In this document: positions 20,178 through 28,802 of the stretch, piece after piece
Numbering within the stretch: the stretch's first letter is position 1
How the letters are laid out: each line of letters begins with the position of its first letter
Assembly (NCBI RefSeq): GCF_052145595.1
Contig: NZ_JBKQOI010000133.1
Location: 39,765 to 103,764, forward strand
Source: Mycobacterium sp.
Lineage (GTDB): Bacteria > Actinomycetota > Actinomycetes > Mycobacteriales > Mycobacteriaceae
Direction: 5' to 3'
Length of the DNA: 64,000 nucleotides
Translations under genes and position numbers: made by a program
The notes under the pieces: model-generated
Seen by the model: only the letters and a program-made list of their open reading frames with translations
Told to the model about the DNA's origin: nothing
Databases searched by the model: none

Positions 20178-21170
20178 TCAGACCCCGCGCCGCGTCACGT
20201 TGAGGAGGACCTTATCGGTCAGCAGGTGCAGGCTGGCCCAGCCCTCGTCGATCGGAAGGCCGCCGATGAGCGGGTTCATCACGACTTCCTTTCTGCCACC
20301 GCGGATCTGGTCGATCAGCTGTTCGGGGGTGAGGATCTCGACACCGTTGAGACGGCGTAGATCCTGGATCGAGGCGGCGGCGGCTTCATTGGGCCGAGGT
20401 ACGCCGGTGCGCTTCCAGGCGCTGTATTCGGCCGCTTCGTTCATGATGAAATCGCCGTAGCGAGACCAAGCTTCGTCGGGATCGGGGTGCAGCAAGGTGA
20501 CGGTGCTCCCGTTTTCGGGGTGGTAGACGAAGCCCATCTTTCCATGCCTGCGCAGCTCCTGCTCATACATCGCTTCGACGTCGGGCATGGCCATCGGCGG
20601 AGAGAACGGTAGTCCGAAGCGCGCCGCGCGCCGGGCCGCCGCAGCGGTCATACCGCCGACGAAAAAGATCGGATGCGGACGCGTATGCGGCTTCGGCGTG
20701 ACGTTGATCAGCGTGCCTTCGTGTTCGAAGGGCTGATCGCTCCACGCCTTGAGCAGCACCGTCAAACATTGGTCCATCAAAGCGCCCCGCTGTGCCCAGT
20801 CCTTGCCGGCCGCGTGGTACTCCTCGGGCCGGTAACCCATGCCGGCGACGAAACTGAAGCGGCCGAGGGCGAGGTTGTCCAGCACGGCGATGTCCTCGGC
20901 GAGCCGAACCGGATCGTAGAGCGTGACGATCAGCGCGTTAATGCTGATCCGCACGTTGCGCGTTCGCCCGGCGATCGCGGCGGCCAGAATCAGTGGCGAC
21001 GGAAGCCAACTCGTGGCCGCCAAATGATGTTCTTCTCCGCTGACGGCGGTGAATCCGTGCTTATCAACAAACTCCGCCATGTCCAACGCGGCCAGGTAAC
21101 GGCTCCCGTGGCGCGCCGTCGGATCGGCGATGTTGGTCATGTTCAGCCGCAGCGCGGTGAGCAGGCTCAT
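20178..21170 (-). CDS. LLM-class (luciferase-like) flavin/F420-dependent oxidoreductase
   Basis: 330 aa with TIM-barrel LLM-like features (LDMAEFVDKHGFTAVSGEEHH...). ATGA overlap with the upstream TetR gene. Confidence 0.75.
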   Translation of the reverse strand: MSLLTALRLNMTNIADPTARHGSRYLAALDMAEFVDKHGFTAVSGEEHHLAATSWLPSPLILAAAIAGRTRNVRISINALIVTLYDPVRLAEDIAVLDNLALGRFSFVAGMGYRPEEYHAAGKDWAQRGALMDQCLTVLLKAWSDQPFEHEGTLINVTPKPHTRPHPIFFVGGMTAAAARRAARFGLPFSPPMAMPDVEAMYEQELRRHGKMGFVYHPENGSTVTLLHPDPDEAWSRYGDFIMNEAAEYSAWKRTGVPRPNEAAAASIQDLRRLNGVEILTPEQLIDQIRGGRKEVVMNPLIGGLPIDEGWASLHLLTDKVLLNVTRRGV

Positions 21171-21802
21171 CGTGGTACGCCGGCCGCGCGCACGAACAGC
21201 GTTCCCCTGATCAATTCCTTGGCCGAGCCCAATGTGGCCGCGTAGGCATTCGGTGGCAGGCTGGCCGCCCGCTCCGTCAGACCGCGGGTCAGCGCGTAGA
21301 TGGCATCGACGGCGGCGCCCGGGTTGGTGTCGGGTGGCAGCGCACCCTGCGATCGAGCGTCCTCGATGATTTCATTTATGATGTCGCGCAACGCTTTTAG
21401 CCCGGCGTATTTCGGCCGGCCGCTGCGCGCGGTGCTTTCGGCGCGGACCGCCCGGTCGAACGCGGCCAGGTGGGGATATTCGTGCATCAACCGGTCCGAC
21501 TCGTCCAACACCGCCGCGATGCGGTCGACGACGTCATCGGCTCGCGCCGCGGCGGCCCGCAGCCGAGGGAATGCAATCTCGTCGATCTCGCTGACGGTCG
21601 CGTTGAGCAACTCGGACTTGTTCGCAAAGTAGTGATACAGGCTGCCGCTGGTCATGTCGGCGGCCTTGGCGATCTCGCGGATCGTCGCCTGCGAGTAGCC
21701 CACCTCGGCCACGCAGCGCATGGCCGCGGTGATGATCCGAGCGCGGGTCTGCTCACCATTGGCGCCCACCGGCCGGCCCAACTGAGACGGCGTGACGGTC
21801 AT
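21167..21802 (-). CDS. TetR-family transcriptional regulator (paralogue 1)
   Basis: QLGRPVGANGEQTRARIITAAMRCVAEVGYSQATIREIAKAADMTSGSLYHYFANKSELL. ATG at 21802. Confidence 0.88.
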   Translation of the reverse strand: MTVTPSQLGRPVGANGEQTRARIITAAMRCVAEVGYSQATIREIAKAADMTSGSLYHYFANKSELLNATVSEIDEIAFPRLRAAAARADDVVDRIAAVLDESDRLMHEYPHLAAFDRAVRAESTARSGRPKYAGLKALRDIINEIIEDARSQGALPPDTNPGAAVDAIYALTRGLTERAASLPPNAYAATLGSAKELIRGTLFVRAAGVPR

Positions 21803-21870
21803 GCCGCGCGGTACCCGCCGTCGGTCTGTGGACGTCGCACCGCACACCTCCGCGCCAAAGGCAAAAGCTA

Positions 21871-21897
21871 ATTGATCGCTCGATTATATTCGATCGT
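21871..21897. promoter_or_regulatory. AT-rich motif TGATC-N3-CGATTATAT in TetR/TetR divergent region (candidate operator A)
   Basis: The sequence ATTGATCGCTCGATTATATTCGATCG shares TGATCnnnCGATT..TATAT with the site at 22621-22648. Confidence 0.4.
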
Positions 21898-21962
21898 GTC
21901 GGTGACGTGCCGTCGCGGGCATCGAGGGCCGACGGACAGGACGCGCGAGTGAGGACAACGCA

Positions 21963-22583
21963 ATGCCGCGGGCGCAGCTAGGTCGCCCGGTCGGCGCCAG
22001 CGGCGAGGAGACCCGCCAGCGGATCATCGTCGCCACCATGCGCTGTGTGGCCAAAGTGGGGTACGCCCGGGCGACCATCCGTGAGATCGCCCGCACGGCA
22101 AAGGTGACCAGCGCCAGCCTGTACAACTACTTTCCGAACAAGTCGGAGCTGATCAAGGCGGCGATCGCGGCGAGAACCGACGTCGCCTTGCCGCGGCTGC
22201 GTGGGGCCGCCGCCCGCCCCGGCGACGTCATCGACCGAATCGAAGCGGTGCTCGACGAATCGGGCCGGTTGATGCGCGAGTACCCCGACCTCGCCGCCTT
22301 CGAGTGGGCGATCCGGGCCGAAGGCGCGGCCGCCTTCGATTCTCAGCTGGCGGGCAGCACAGGGTTTCAGGCGTTCCGCGCAATCATTGAGAGCATCGTC
22401 GACGATGCCTACCACCAGGGCGATCTCGCTGACCGCCCGGATCGGCGGGGCGCTGTCGAGGCGATCTATTCGCTCATCTACGGCTTGACGGAGCTGGCGG
22501 CCACCCTGCCGCCGGAGGACTACCAGGCGGCGCTCGGCTCGGCCAAGCACCTGGTCCGGGGAACGCTGTTCGGCCGGTCATAG
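21963..22583 (+). CDS. TetR-family transcriptional regulator (paralogue 2)
   Basis: MPRAQLGRPVGASGEETRQRIIVATMRCVAKVGYARATIREIARTAKVTSASLYNYFPNKSELI. Collinear similarity to the 21167-21802 product along its whole length. Confidence 0.9.
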   Translation: MPRAQLGRPVGASGEETRQRIIVATMRCVAKVGYARATIREIARTAKVTSASLYNYFPNKSELIKAAIAARTDVALPRLRGAAARPGDVIDRIEAVLDESGRLMREYPDLAAFEWAIRAEGAAAFDSQLAGSTGFQAFRAIIESIVDDAYHQGDLADRPDRRGAVEAIYSLIYGLTELAATLPPEDYQAALGSAKHLVRGTLFGRS

Positions 22584-22620
22584 CGACCACCAGGCGGATC
22601 ATGAGCGGCGCATTCCCTTG

Positions 22621-22648
22621 ATATGATCAAACGATTGATTATATAGTC
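22621..22648. promoter_or_regulatory. AT-rich motif TGATC-N3-CGATTGATTATAT upstream of BVMO operon (candidate operator B)
   Basis: ATATGATCAAACGATTGATTATATAGTC lies 27-54 nt upstream of the BVMO TTG start. GGAGAGGAAG sits between the motif and the start. Confidence 0.4.
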
Positions 22649-22674
22649 GGGGTCGCGGAGAGGAAGTCGAGACC

Positions 22675-24459
22675 TTGACCGAGACCGTTGGCGTGACGTT
22701 CGACGTTGACGCGCTGCGAAGCAAGTACGCCGAAGAGCGGGAACGGCGCCTGCGCCCGGACGGCATCGCGCAGTACGTGGAGACGACGGGTGCGTTCGCC
22801 CGGTACGCCGAAGACCCTTGGTTAGACGGGGACTTCACCCGCGGACCCCTCACCGACGAGATTGACGTGGCGATCGTCGGCGCGGGTTTCGGCGGGCTGT
22901 TGACCGGAGCGCGGCTACGTGAGCTCGGTGTCGAAAGCGTGCGATTGATCGACAGGGCCGCCGACGTGGGTGGCACCTGGTACTGGAACCGGTATCCGGG
23001 GATTGCCTGTGACGTCGAGTCTTACGTGTACATCCCATTGCTGGAGGAACTCGGCTACATTCCCGCCGAAAAATACGCCAAGGGATCGGAGATCTTCGCG
23101 CACTGCCAGCGCATCGCGCAGCACTACGACCTGTACCGCGACGCCTGTCTGCGCACCGATGTGCATGAAATCCTTTGGGATAGCCAGGATTCCCGCTGGA
23201 TAATCCGCACGAACCACGGCGACGAGATGCGGGCGAAATTCGTCTCCATGGCAAACGGGTACCAAGCCAAACCCAAGCTGCCCGGCATCCCCGGTCTCGG
23301 CTCTTTCCGCGGGCAGACGTTTCATACCAGCCGGTGGAACTATGCCTACACCGGCGAAAGGCTGGAGAACCTGGGCGGTGAGCGCGTTGGCATCATCGGC
23401 ACCGGTGCCACGGCGATCCAGTGCGTGCCCCACCTCGCCGCGGCGGCAGAGCACCTCTACGTCTTCCAGCGCACGCCGTCATCGGTAGACGTGCGAGCCA
23501 ACCGGCCCACGGATCCGCACTGGGTCAACACGTTACAGCCGGGCTGGCAGCGCAGGCGCATAGAGAACTTCCAGATCCTCACGGCCGGCGGGCAGGCCCA
23601 GGAGGATCTCGTCGCGGATGCCTGGACCAGCATCACCCGCAAGCTTCCGGTTATGCGCCACGACGGCGTCGCCTCACCGGCTCGCGACATTGAACTCGCC
23701 GACTTCGCCAAGATGGCGGAGATCCGCGACCGAGTCGATGAGATCGTCACCGATCGCGCCACCGCCGAGGCGCTCAAACCCTGGTACGGCTACTTCTGCA
23801 AGCGGCCCTGCTTTCACGACGAGTACCTGCAAACGTTCAACCGGGACAACGTCACGCTCGTCGACACCCGCGGTCGCGGGGTGGAACGCATCACCGAGGC
23901 GGGCGTGGTCGTCGACGGAGTGACCTACGAACTGGACTGCCTCATCTTCGCGACGGGTTTCGAGGTGGGCACCGACTACTGCCGGCGTACCGGATTCGAG
24001 CTGATCGGCCGCGACGGCGTGACGCTGACCGACCGGTGGCACGACGGCGTGCGTACGTTTCAGGGCCTCTGCGCCAACGGTTTTCCGAATTGCTTCATCG
24101 AAAGCATCGCGCAGGCCGGGCTCACGGTGAACTTCCCGTACCTGCTGGACGTTCAGGCAAGCCACGTCGCATGGATCATCGCATGGGCGCTTGCGCGCGG
24201 CGTCACAGAGGTTGAGGCGTCACCCAGCGCCGAAGCCGCGTGGGTGGACACCGTTGTGGCCCGGTCGGCCGCAACCGCCGAGCGGGCCAGCACCTGCACC
24301 CCCGGCTACTACAACCGCGAAGGGAAGGCCGACGCCAAGACCCGGCAGGGCAGCTTCTTCTTCGGTGCGCCAACCGAGTACGCCGACATCCTGCAGGCGT
24401 GGCGGGCAAAGGGCGACATGGAAGGGCTCGAGATCCGCGCTGCGGGGGCCCGTCCGTGA
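22675..24459 (+). CDS. Type I Baeyer-Villiger monooxygenase (cyclohexanone-monooxygenase-like)
   Basis: Rossmann motif VAIVGAGFGGL, BVMO fingerprint FRGQTFHTSRWNY (FxGxxxHxxxW) and a second GxGxxA motif, IIGTGATAIQ. Confidence 0.9.
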   Translation: MTETVGVTFDVDALRSKYAEERERRLRPDGIAQYVETTGAFARYAEDPWLDGDFTRGPLTDEIDVAIVGAGFGGLLTGARLRELGVESVRLIDRAADVGGTWYWNRYPGIACDVESYVYIPLLEELGYIPAEKYAKGSEIFAHCQRIAQHYDLYRDACLRTDVHEILWDSQDSRWIIRTNHGDEMRAKFVSMANGYQAKPKLPGIPGLGSFRGQTFHTSRWNYAYTGERLENLGGERVGIIGTGATAIQCVPHLAAAAEHLYVFQRTPSSVDVRANRPTDPHWVNTLQPGWQRRRIENFQILTAGGQAQEDLVADAWTSITRKLPVMRHDGVASPARDIELADFAKMAEIRDRVDEIVTDRATAEALKPWYGYFCKRPCFHDEYLQTFNRDNVTLVDTRGRGVERITEAGVVVDGVTYELDCLIFATGFEVGTDYCRRTGFELIGRDGVTLTDRWHDGVRTFQGLCANGFPNCFIESIAQAGLTVNFPYLLDVQASHVAWIIAWALARGVTEVEASPSAEAAWVDTVVARSAATAERASTCTPGYYNREGKADAKTRQGSFFFGAPTEYADILQAWRAKGDMEGLEIRAAGARP

Positions 24460-26039
24460 CGAGCCGTCAGGCCCGTCGTCGCTACGCCGCCGGCCGGCTG
24501 CGAGCGGCGACGCGACGTAGGCGCCCACCGAAGGTGGCAATCATCGGCGCCGGCTTCGGCGGGCTGGGCGCCGCGGTGGCGCTGCGCCGCGCCGGCATCG
24601 AGGACCTGGTGGTCATCGAGGCCGACGACGGCGTCGGAGGCACATGGCGGCGAAACACCTATCCCGGGGCCGCGTGCGACATCCAGAGCCACCTGTACTC
24701 GTTTTCGTTCGCGCCCAACAAATCCTGGAGCCGCACCTACGCCCGGCAGCCCGAGATTCTGGCCTACCTCGAGTCGGTGGCCGACGACTTCGATCTGCGC
24801 CGCCATCTGATGCTTAACACCAGAGTCGGCTCGGTCCGGTGGAACCCGGACACCTGCAGCTGGGATTGCCAGGTAGACCGTGCCGGGCACGCGGAGACCG
24901 TGACGGCTGACGTCGTCGTCTGCGCCGTCGGGCTATTCGGATCGCTGAAGCTTCCCGATATCGCCGGCCTCACCGACTTCAGCGGCGCGCTCATGCACAC
25001 CGCGCAGTGGGATCACGGCGTCGACCTGGCGGGCAAAAGGGTGGCGGTGATCGGCACCGGTGCCAGCGGAGTCCAGGCCGTTCCGGAGCTGGCGAAGATC
25101 GCCGAACGCGTGACGGTCTTTCAGCGGACACCGCCGTGGATGGTGCCCAAGGACGACCGGCCCTACAGCGCAACCGAATTGGCGCAATTCCGGCGCTATC
25201 CGTTGGCGGTCCTGCGCACCCGCTGGCAGATCTGGAAATTCCAGCACGACAACACCGCTACTTTTGCCGACGACCCGATTGTCACCGCCCGCAGTCAGTT
25301 CGCGACGTCGTTTCTGGAACGCACCGTGCCCGACGAGCGGCTTCGTCGCATGCTGATACCGGACTATCCGTTCCGCTGTAAGCGGGTGCTGTTGGGCGAC
25401 GAGTATTACCGGGCACTGCAACAAGACAATGTCGAGCTGGTAACCGAGCCCATTGACCGGATCACCGAGACCTCGATCATCACCGCCGCCGGTCGGGTGG
25501 TCGACGCCGATGTGATCGTGCTGGCCACCGGATTTGAGACCTCGCGCTACCTGTCCGGGATCGACGCCATCGGGACCGGGGGCCAGCGGCTGCACCAGCG
25601 CTGGGGCGACGACCCCAGCGCCTACATGGGCGTGGCCGTCAGCGGGTTCCCCAACTTCTTCATGCTCTACGGCCCCAACACCAACCAGGGCGGCAACTCG
25701 ATCGTCTACATACTCGAGGCCGGCGCGCGACTGGTGGCCAGCGCCGTGAGCCGGCTGGCGCGTCGAGGCGGATACCTCGATGTGCGCCCGGAAGTCGAGA
25801 AGCGGTACAACGAGGCTCTTTCCGCGGATCTCGAGCGCACCATCTGGACCCAGTGCGACAGCTACTTCCGTTCTCCTACGGGTCGCATCGTGACCCAATG
25901 GCCTTACACCGAGCTGGAATACGCTCGCCGGACCTGGCGGCTGCGGCCGGGAGAATGGCTTCACCACACCGGCATGACGCCGGCAAGTGGGCGGCCGGCC
26001 AAGGTGACGCAGGACGCGCTTGCCAGGAGAGCTGACTAG
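24456..26039 (+). CDS. Flavin-containing Baeyer-Villiger monooxygenase (EthA-like)
   Basis: GTG 24456 overlaps the upstream stop (GTGA). Motifs VAIIGAGFGGLGAA, FSGALMHTAQWDH and VIGTGASGVQ. Confidence 0.88.
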   Translation: MTSRQARRRYAAGRLRAATRRRRPPKVAIIGAGFGGLGAAVALRRAGIEDLVVIEADDGVGGTWRRNTYPGAACDIQSHLYSFSFAPNKSWSRTYARQPEILAYLESVADDFDLRRHLMLNTRVGSVRWNPDTCSWDCQVDRAGHAETVTADVVVCAVGLFGSLKLPDIAGLTDFSGALMHTAQWDHGVDLAGKRVAVIGTGASGVQAVPELAKIAERVTVFQRTPPWMVPKDDRPYSATELAQFRRYPLAVLRTRWQIWKFQHDNTATFADDPIVTARSQFATSFLERTVPDERLRRMLIPDYPFRCKRVLLGDEYYRALQQDNVELVTEPIDRITETSIITAAGRVVDADVIVLATGFETSRYLSGIDAIGTGGQRLHQRWGDDPSAYMGVAVSGFPNFFMLYGPNTNQGGNSIVYILEAGARLVASAVSRLARRGGYLDVRPEVEKRYNEALSADLERTIWTQCDSYFRSPTGRIVTQWPYTELEYARRTWRLRPGEWLHHTGMTPASGRPAKVTQDALARRAD

Positions 26040-26124
26040 CCCTGGCCTAAATCGATTACGCCGCGGATCAATCGGCGAGCGGCCGGGGCGGCGTAGGCAT
26101 CGTTGATTGATTATGGCCGACTCG

Positions 26125-27612
26125 CTATCGGACGGGATCTTCGGCAACATCGATATCACCGCCTGCGGCCGCTGCGCGCAGTTGGTGAAAATCGTCGAGC
26201 GACTTGTCAGCGTAGGCGTAGGACCACTCGGCGACCGCGTCGTGCAGGGCGTCGTTGGTTCCGGCGTATCCCCGCAGTATCGACGCATTGGCGCTCTGCG
26301 AGTGGGCCCGCGCCAGCAAAACCGCACAGGCCGTGACGTATTCGCGGAATGTGGAGGCCGACATGCCTTCGGTGTCGACGGTGCCCTTCATGTCGTGGAA
26401 CTGACGAACGTAGTAATCGCGGCCGTCCTTGCGTGTCGTTCCGAGGAATACATCCGACATCGCCTGCAGGATTTGCTGCCCATCAGTGACGCGGACGCCC
26501 TGGCCTTTTGCCCCGACGGCCGCGGCCAGCGTATCCGGCTGGCGCCAACCGCCGTATTCCTCGAGCACCGATCGAACGGCCTCTTTGATCTGCAGGATCA
26601 GCGGCGTGTCGTTGGGGCCGACCAGGATGACCAAGTAACAGCGGGTACCGACACTGCCGACGCCGACTACCCGCAGGGCGACATCGGTGACGCGAAAGTG
26701 CGACAGCAAGAGCGCGACGTCGGCGGGAACTGCGGCCAGATACTCCTGAATCGACTCCACCAACGGGGCTTCGGTTTCCTCGTCGACGTGCTGAAGGACG
26801 GGAGGCGCTTCGCGCAGGCGCGGGGTTCCGTCCGCCCCAATCTCCATGATCTGCTTGAAGACCCGTGCTGACGTTCGAGTGCGCGCCCGGGAAATCGTTT
26901 TCTGAGTCACGGCCTGCAGCCCCTTGGACACCTTCCCGGTGTAGTGCTCGGGCTCCACCCGCAGGTAGTAGCGATCCAGAACATTCATCTCCTCGAGCAT
27001 CGCCTCAAGACTGGTTTGATAGCCCACCAGTGCTTGTTCGACACATCGTCGGATGGCCTTGGCCGGGTATCCGGCATGGCGGCCCCCGATGATCGCGCTG
27101 GTGATCAGGCGTTTGACGTCCCACTCCGCGGGTGCGACCGCGGCCTCATCGAAGTCGTTCAGGTCGAAAACGATCGACCGATGCGGGGCGGCGTACAGGC
27201 CGAAATTCGAGACATGAGCATCACCGCAGCACATGATTTCGATCCCGCTTGATGGGCTTGCGGCGAGGTCGGCGGCCATGACCGCCGCAGAACCTCGGTA
27301 AAAAGCGAACGGGTCCGCGAGCATCCGGGCGAACCGAAGCGGGACGAGTTCGCTTAGCCGCCCAGCATTTTGGGCGACGAGAATTTCCGTCGACGTTCGC
27401 GCAGAGGGGGTCAGCTGTCCGAGGGAGCGCCGCGGGACCGTCTTTCGCAGTGACCGCCCGCGCGCCACATCCTCGCCCGGAACTTCGAGCTCGATCAGGC
27501 GGTCACGCAACACCCGTTGCGCCATCTGGTCAGCATACGCAGGGGAGTCGCGGCTGCGAGGGACTTTCGATGCTTCCACCACGGTGTTATTTATCATCAG
27601 AGTGATTCTCAT
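26125..27612 (-). CDS. DUF2252-family protein
   Basis: Large ORF with LVPLRFARMLADPFAFYRGSAAVMAADLA and CCGDAHVSNFG, which I recall as DUF2252 hallmarks. The start is uncertain. Confidence 0.7.
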   Translation of the reverse strand: MRITLMINNTVVEASKVPRSRDSPAYADQMAQRVLRDRLIELEVPGEDVARGRSLRKTVPRRSLGQLTPSARTSTEILVAQNAGRLSELVPLRFARMLADPFAFYRGSAAVMAADLAASPSSGIEIMCCGDAHVSNFGLYAAPHRSIVFDLNDFDEAAVAPAEWDVKRLITSAIIGGRHAGYPAKAIRRCVEQALVGYQTSLEAMLEEMNVLDRYYLRVEPEHYTGKVSKGLQAVTQKTISRARTRTSARVFKQIMEIGADGTPRLREAPPVLQHVDEETEAPLVESIQEYLAAVPADVALLLSHFRVTDVALRVVGVGSVGTRCYLVILVGPNDTPLILQIKEAVRSVLEEYGGWRQPDTLAAAVGAKGQGVRVTDGQQILQAMSDVFLGTTRKDGRDYYVRQFHDMKGTVDTEGMSASTFREYVTACAVLLARAHSQSANASILRGYAGTNDALHDAVAEWSYAYADKSLDDFHQLRAAAAGGDIDVAEDPVR

Positions 27613-27636
27613 GGCTGTGGCCAGGTGGCCCGTTCG

Positions 27637-27658
27637 TTAACATCTTTGAAAATGTTGA
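27637..27658. promoter_or_regulatory. Imperfect inverted repeat TTAACATCTT-TG-AAAATGTTGA
   Basis: 8 of 10 positions are complementary. It lies in the 92-nt divergent region between the DUF2252 gene and the sulfate-binding-protein gene. Confidence 0.35.
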
Positions 27659-27704
27659 GTGCCAGACGAAATAGTCCGGAGTATTGCCGTGAGAGGACGC
27701 CTGG

Positions 27705-28775
27705 ATGCTAAAGGGGCGTCCGACACTCAAGCGTTCCCGCCCCCTGTTACGCGTTAGCTGGCTCAGCGTCGTTGGCGTTGTTGCCATCGTCTTTGCCGTA
27801 ACAGCGATCGTCATCAAGAACAGTCCTGGCGCCGGGTCCAACCAAATCCTGAACGTCTCCTACGACCCGACACGCGAGTTATATGCGGCGATCGACAAGG
27901 CGTTCATCCCGCAATACCGCGCTCACACCGGAATCGGCTTGGACATCAAAGAGTCTCACGGCGGTTCGGGGCGCCAGGTAAGCAGTGTTCTCGACGGCAG
28001 CCAGAAAGCCAGCGTGGTGTCGCTGGCGCTGATCAGCGATATCCAGACCTTGAGCAAGCGGGGGCTCATCGCCCCCAACTGGCAGCAGCGTCTACCGAAC
28101 AATTCGGTGCCTTACACGTCGACCATTGTCTTTGTCGTCCGGAAGGGCAATCCCAAAGCCATCCACGACTGGCCCGATCTGATCAATCGTGACGTCGCCG
28201 TGGTGACACCCAATCCGCGCACCTCCGGCAACGGCCAATTGAGCGTCCTTGCCGCGTGGGGCTCGGTCACGACGCGCGGCGGCAGCCAGGCCCAAGCGGC
28301 CGGCTACGTTAGGACGTTGTTGCAGCACGTGGCGGTCTCCGACGCCGGTGCCCGCGGCGCGGCCACCAGTTTCGCTCTGGCGAAGATCGGCGACGTCCAG
28401 CTCACCTGGGAGAACGAGGCGCTGCGCGAGGTCGCGGCCAATAAGGACGAACTTCAGCTCGTCTATCCACCGGCGAGCATCCTCGCCGAGCCGGCGGTGG
28501 CCTGGGTCGACGCAAACCTCACCGAACCCAAGACGGCGACCTACGCCAAGGCCTACCTGAACTACTTGTTCACCGATGCCGCACAGGAATTGGTAGCGCA
28601 ATATGGATATCGGCCGTTCAAGCCGGAAATCCTTGCAAAATATGCCGACCGGCTGCCCCCTCTCGCGCTGTTCCCGGTGACGGCGATCGCGAGGGACTGG
28701 AGCGACGCGCGCGAGCAGTTCTTCGGCGCCAACGGAATCCTCGACATCATCTCCGCGCCGCCGGCCGCGGCGTAG
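27705..28775 (+). CDS. Sulfate/thiosulfate-binding protein (Sbp/CysP/SubI family), membrane-anchored
   Basis: [13 protein letters not shown] ... SHGGSGRQ ... [16 protein letters not shown] ... NPRTSGNG are typical Sbp motifs. The N-terminus is a hydrophobic helix ([19 protein letters not shown]) with no lipobox Cys. Confidence 0.88.
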   Translation: MLKGRPTLKRSRPLLRVSWLSVVGVVAIVFAVTAIVIKNSPGAGSNQILNVSYDPTRELYAAIDKAFIPQYRAHTGIGLDIKESHGGSGRQVSSVLDGSQKASVVSLALISDIQTLSKRGLIAPNWQQRLPNNSVPYTSTIVFVVRKGNPKAIHDWPDLINRDVAVVTPNPRTSGNGQLSVLAAWGSVTTRGGSQAQAAGYVRTLLQHVAVSDAGARGAATSFALAKIGDVQLTWENEALREVAANKDELQLVYPPASILAEPAVAWVDANLTEPKTATYAKAYLNYLFTDAAQELVAQYGYRPFKPEILAKYADRLPPLALFPVTAIARDWSDAREQFFGANGILDIISAPPAAA

Positions 28776-28802
28776 GGAACCTGGCGAAAGTCTGATCACA
28801 AC

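Noticed and set aside
24933-26327. 464-aa minus-strand ORF
   Set aside because: It is antisense to the second BVMO and bridges an intergenic region. It has no motifs and an Arg/Pro/Gly-rich composition.
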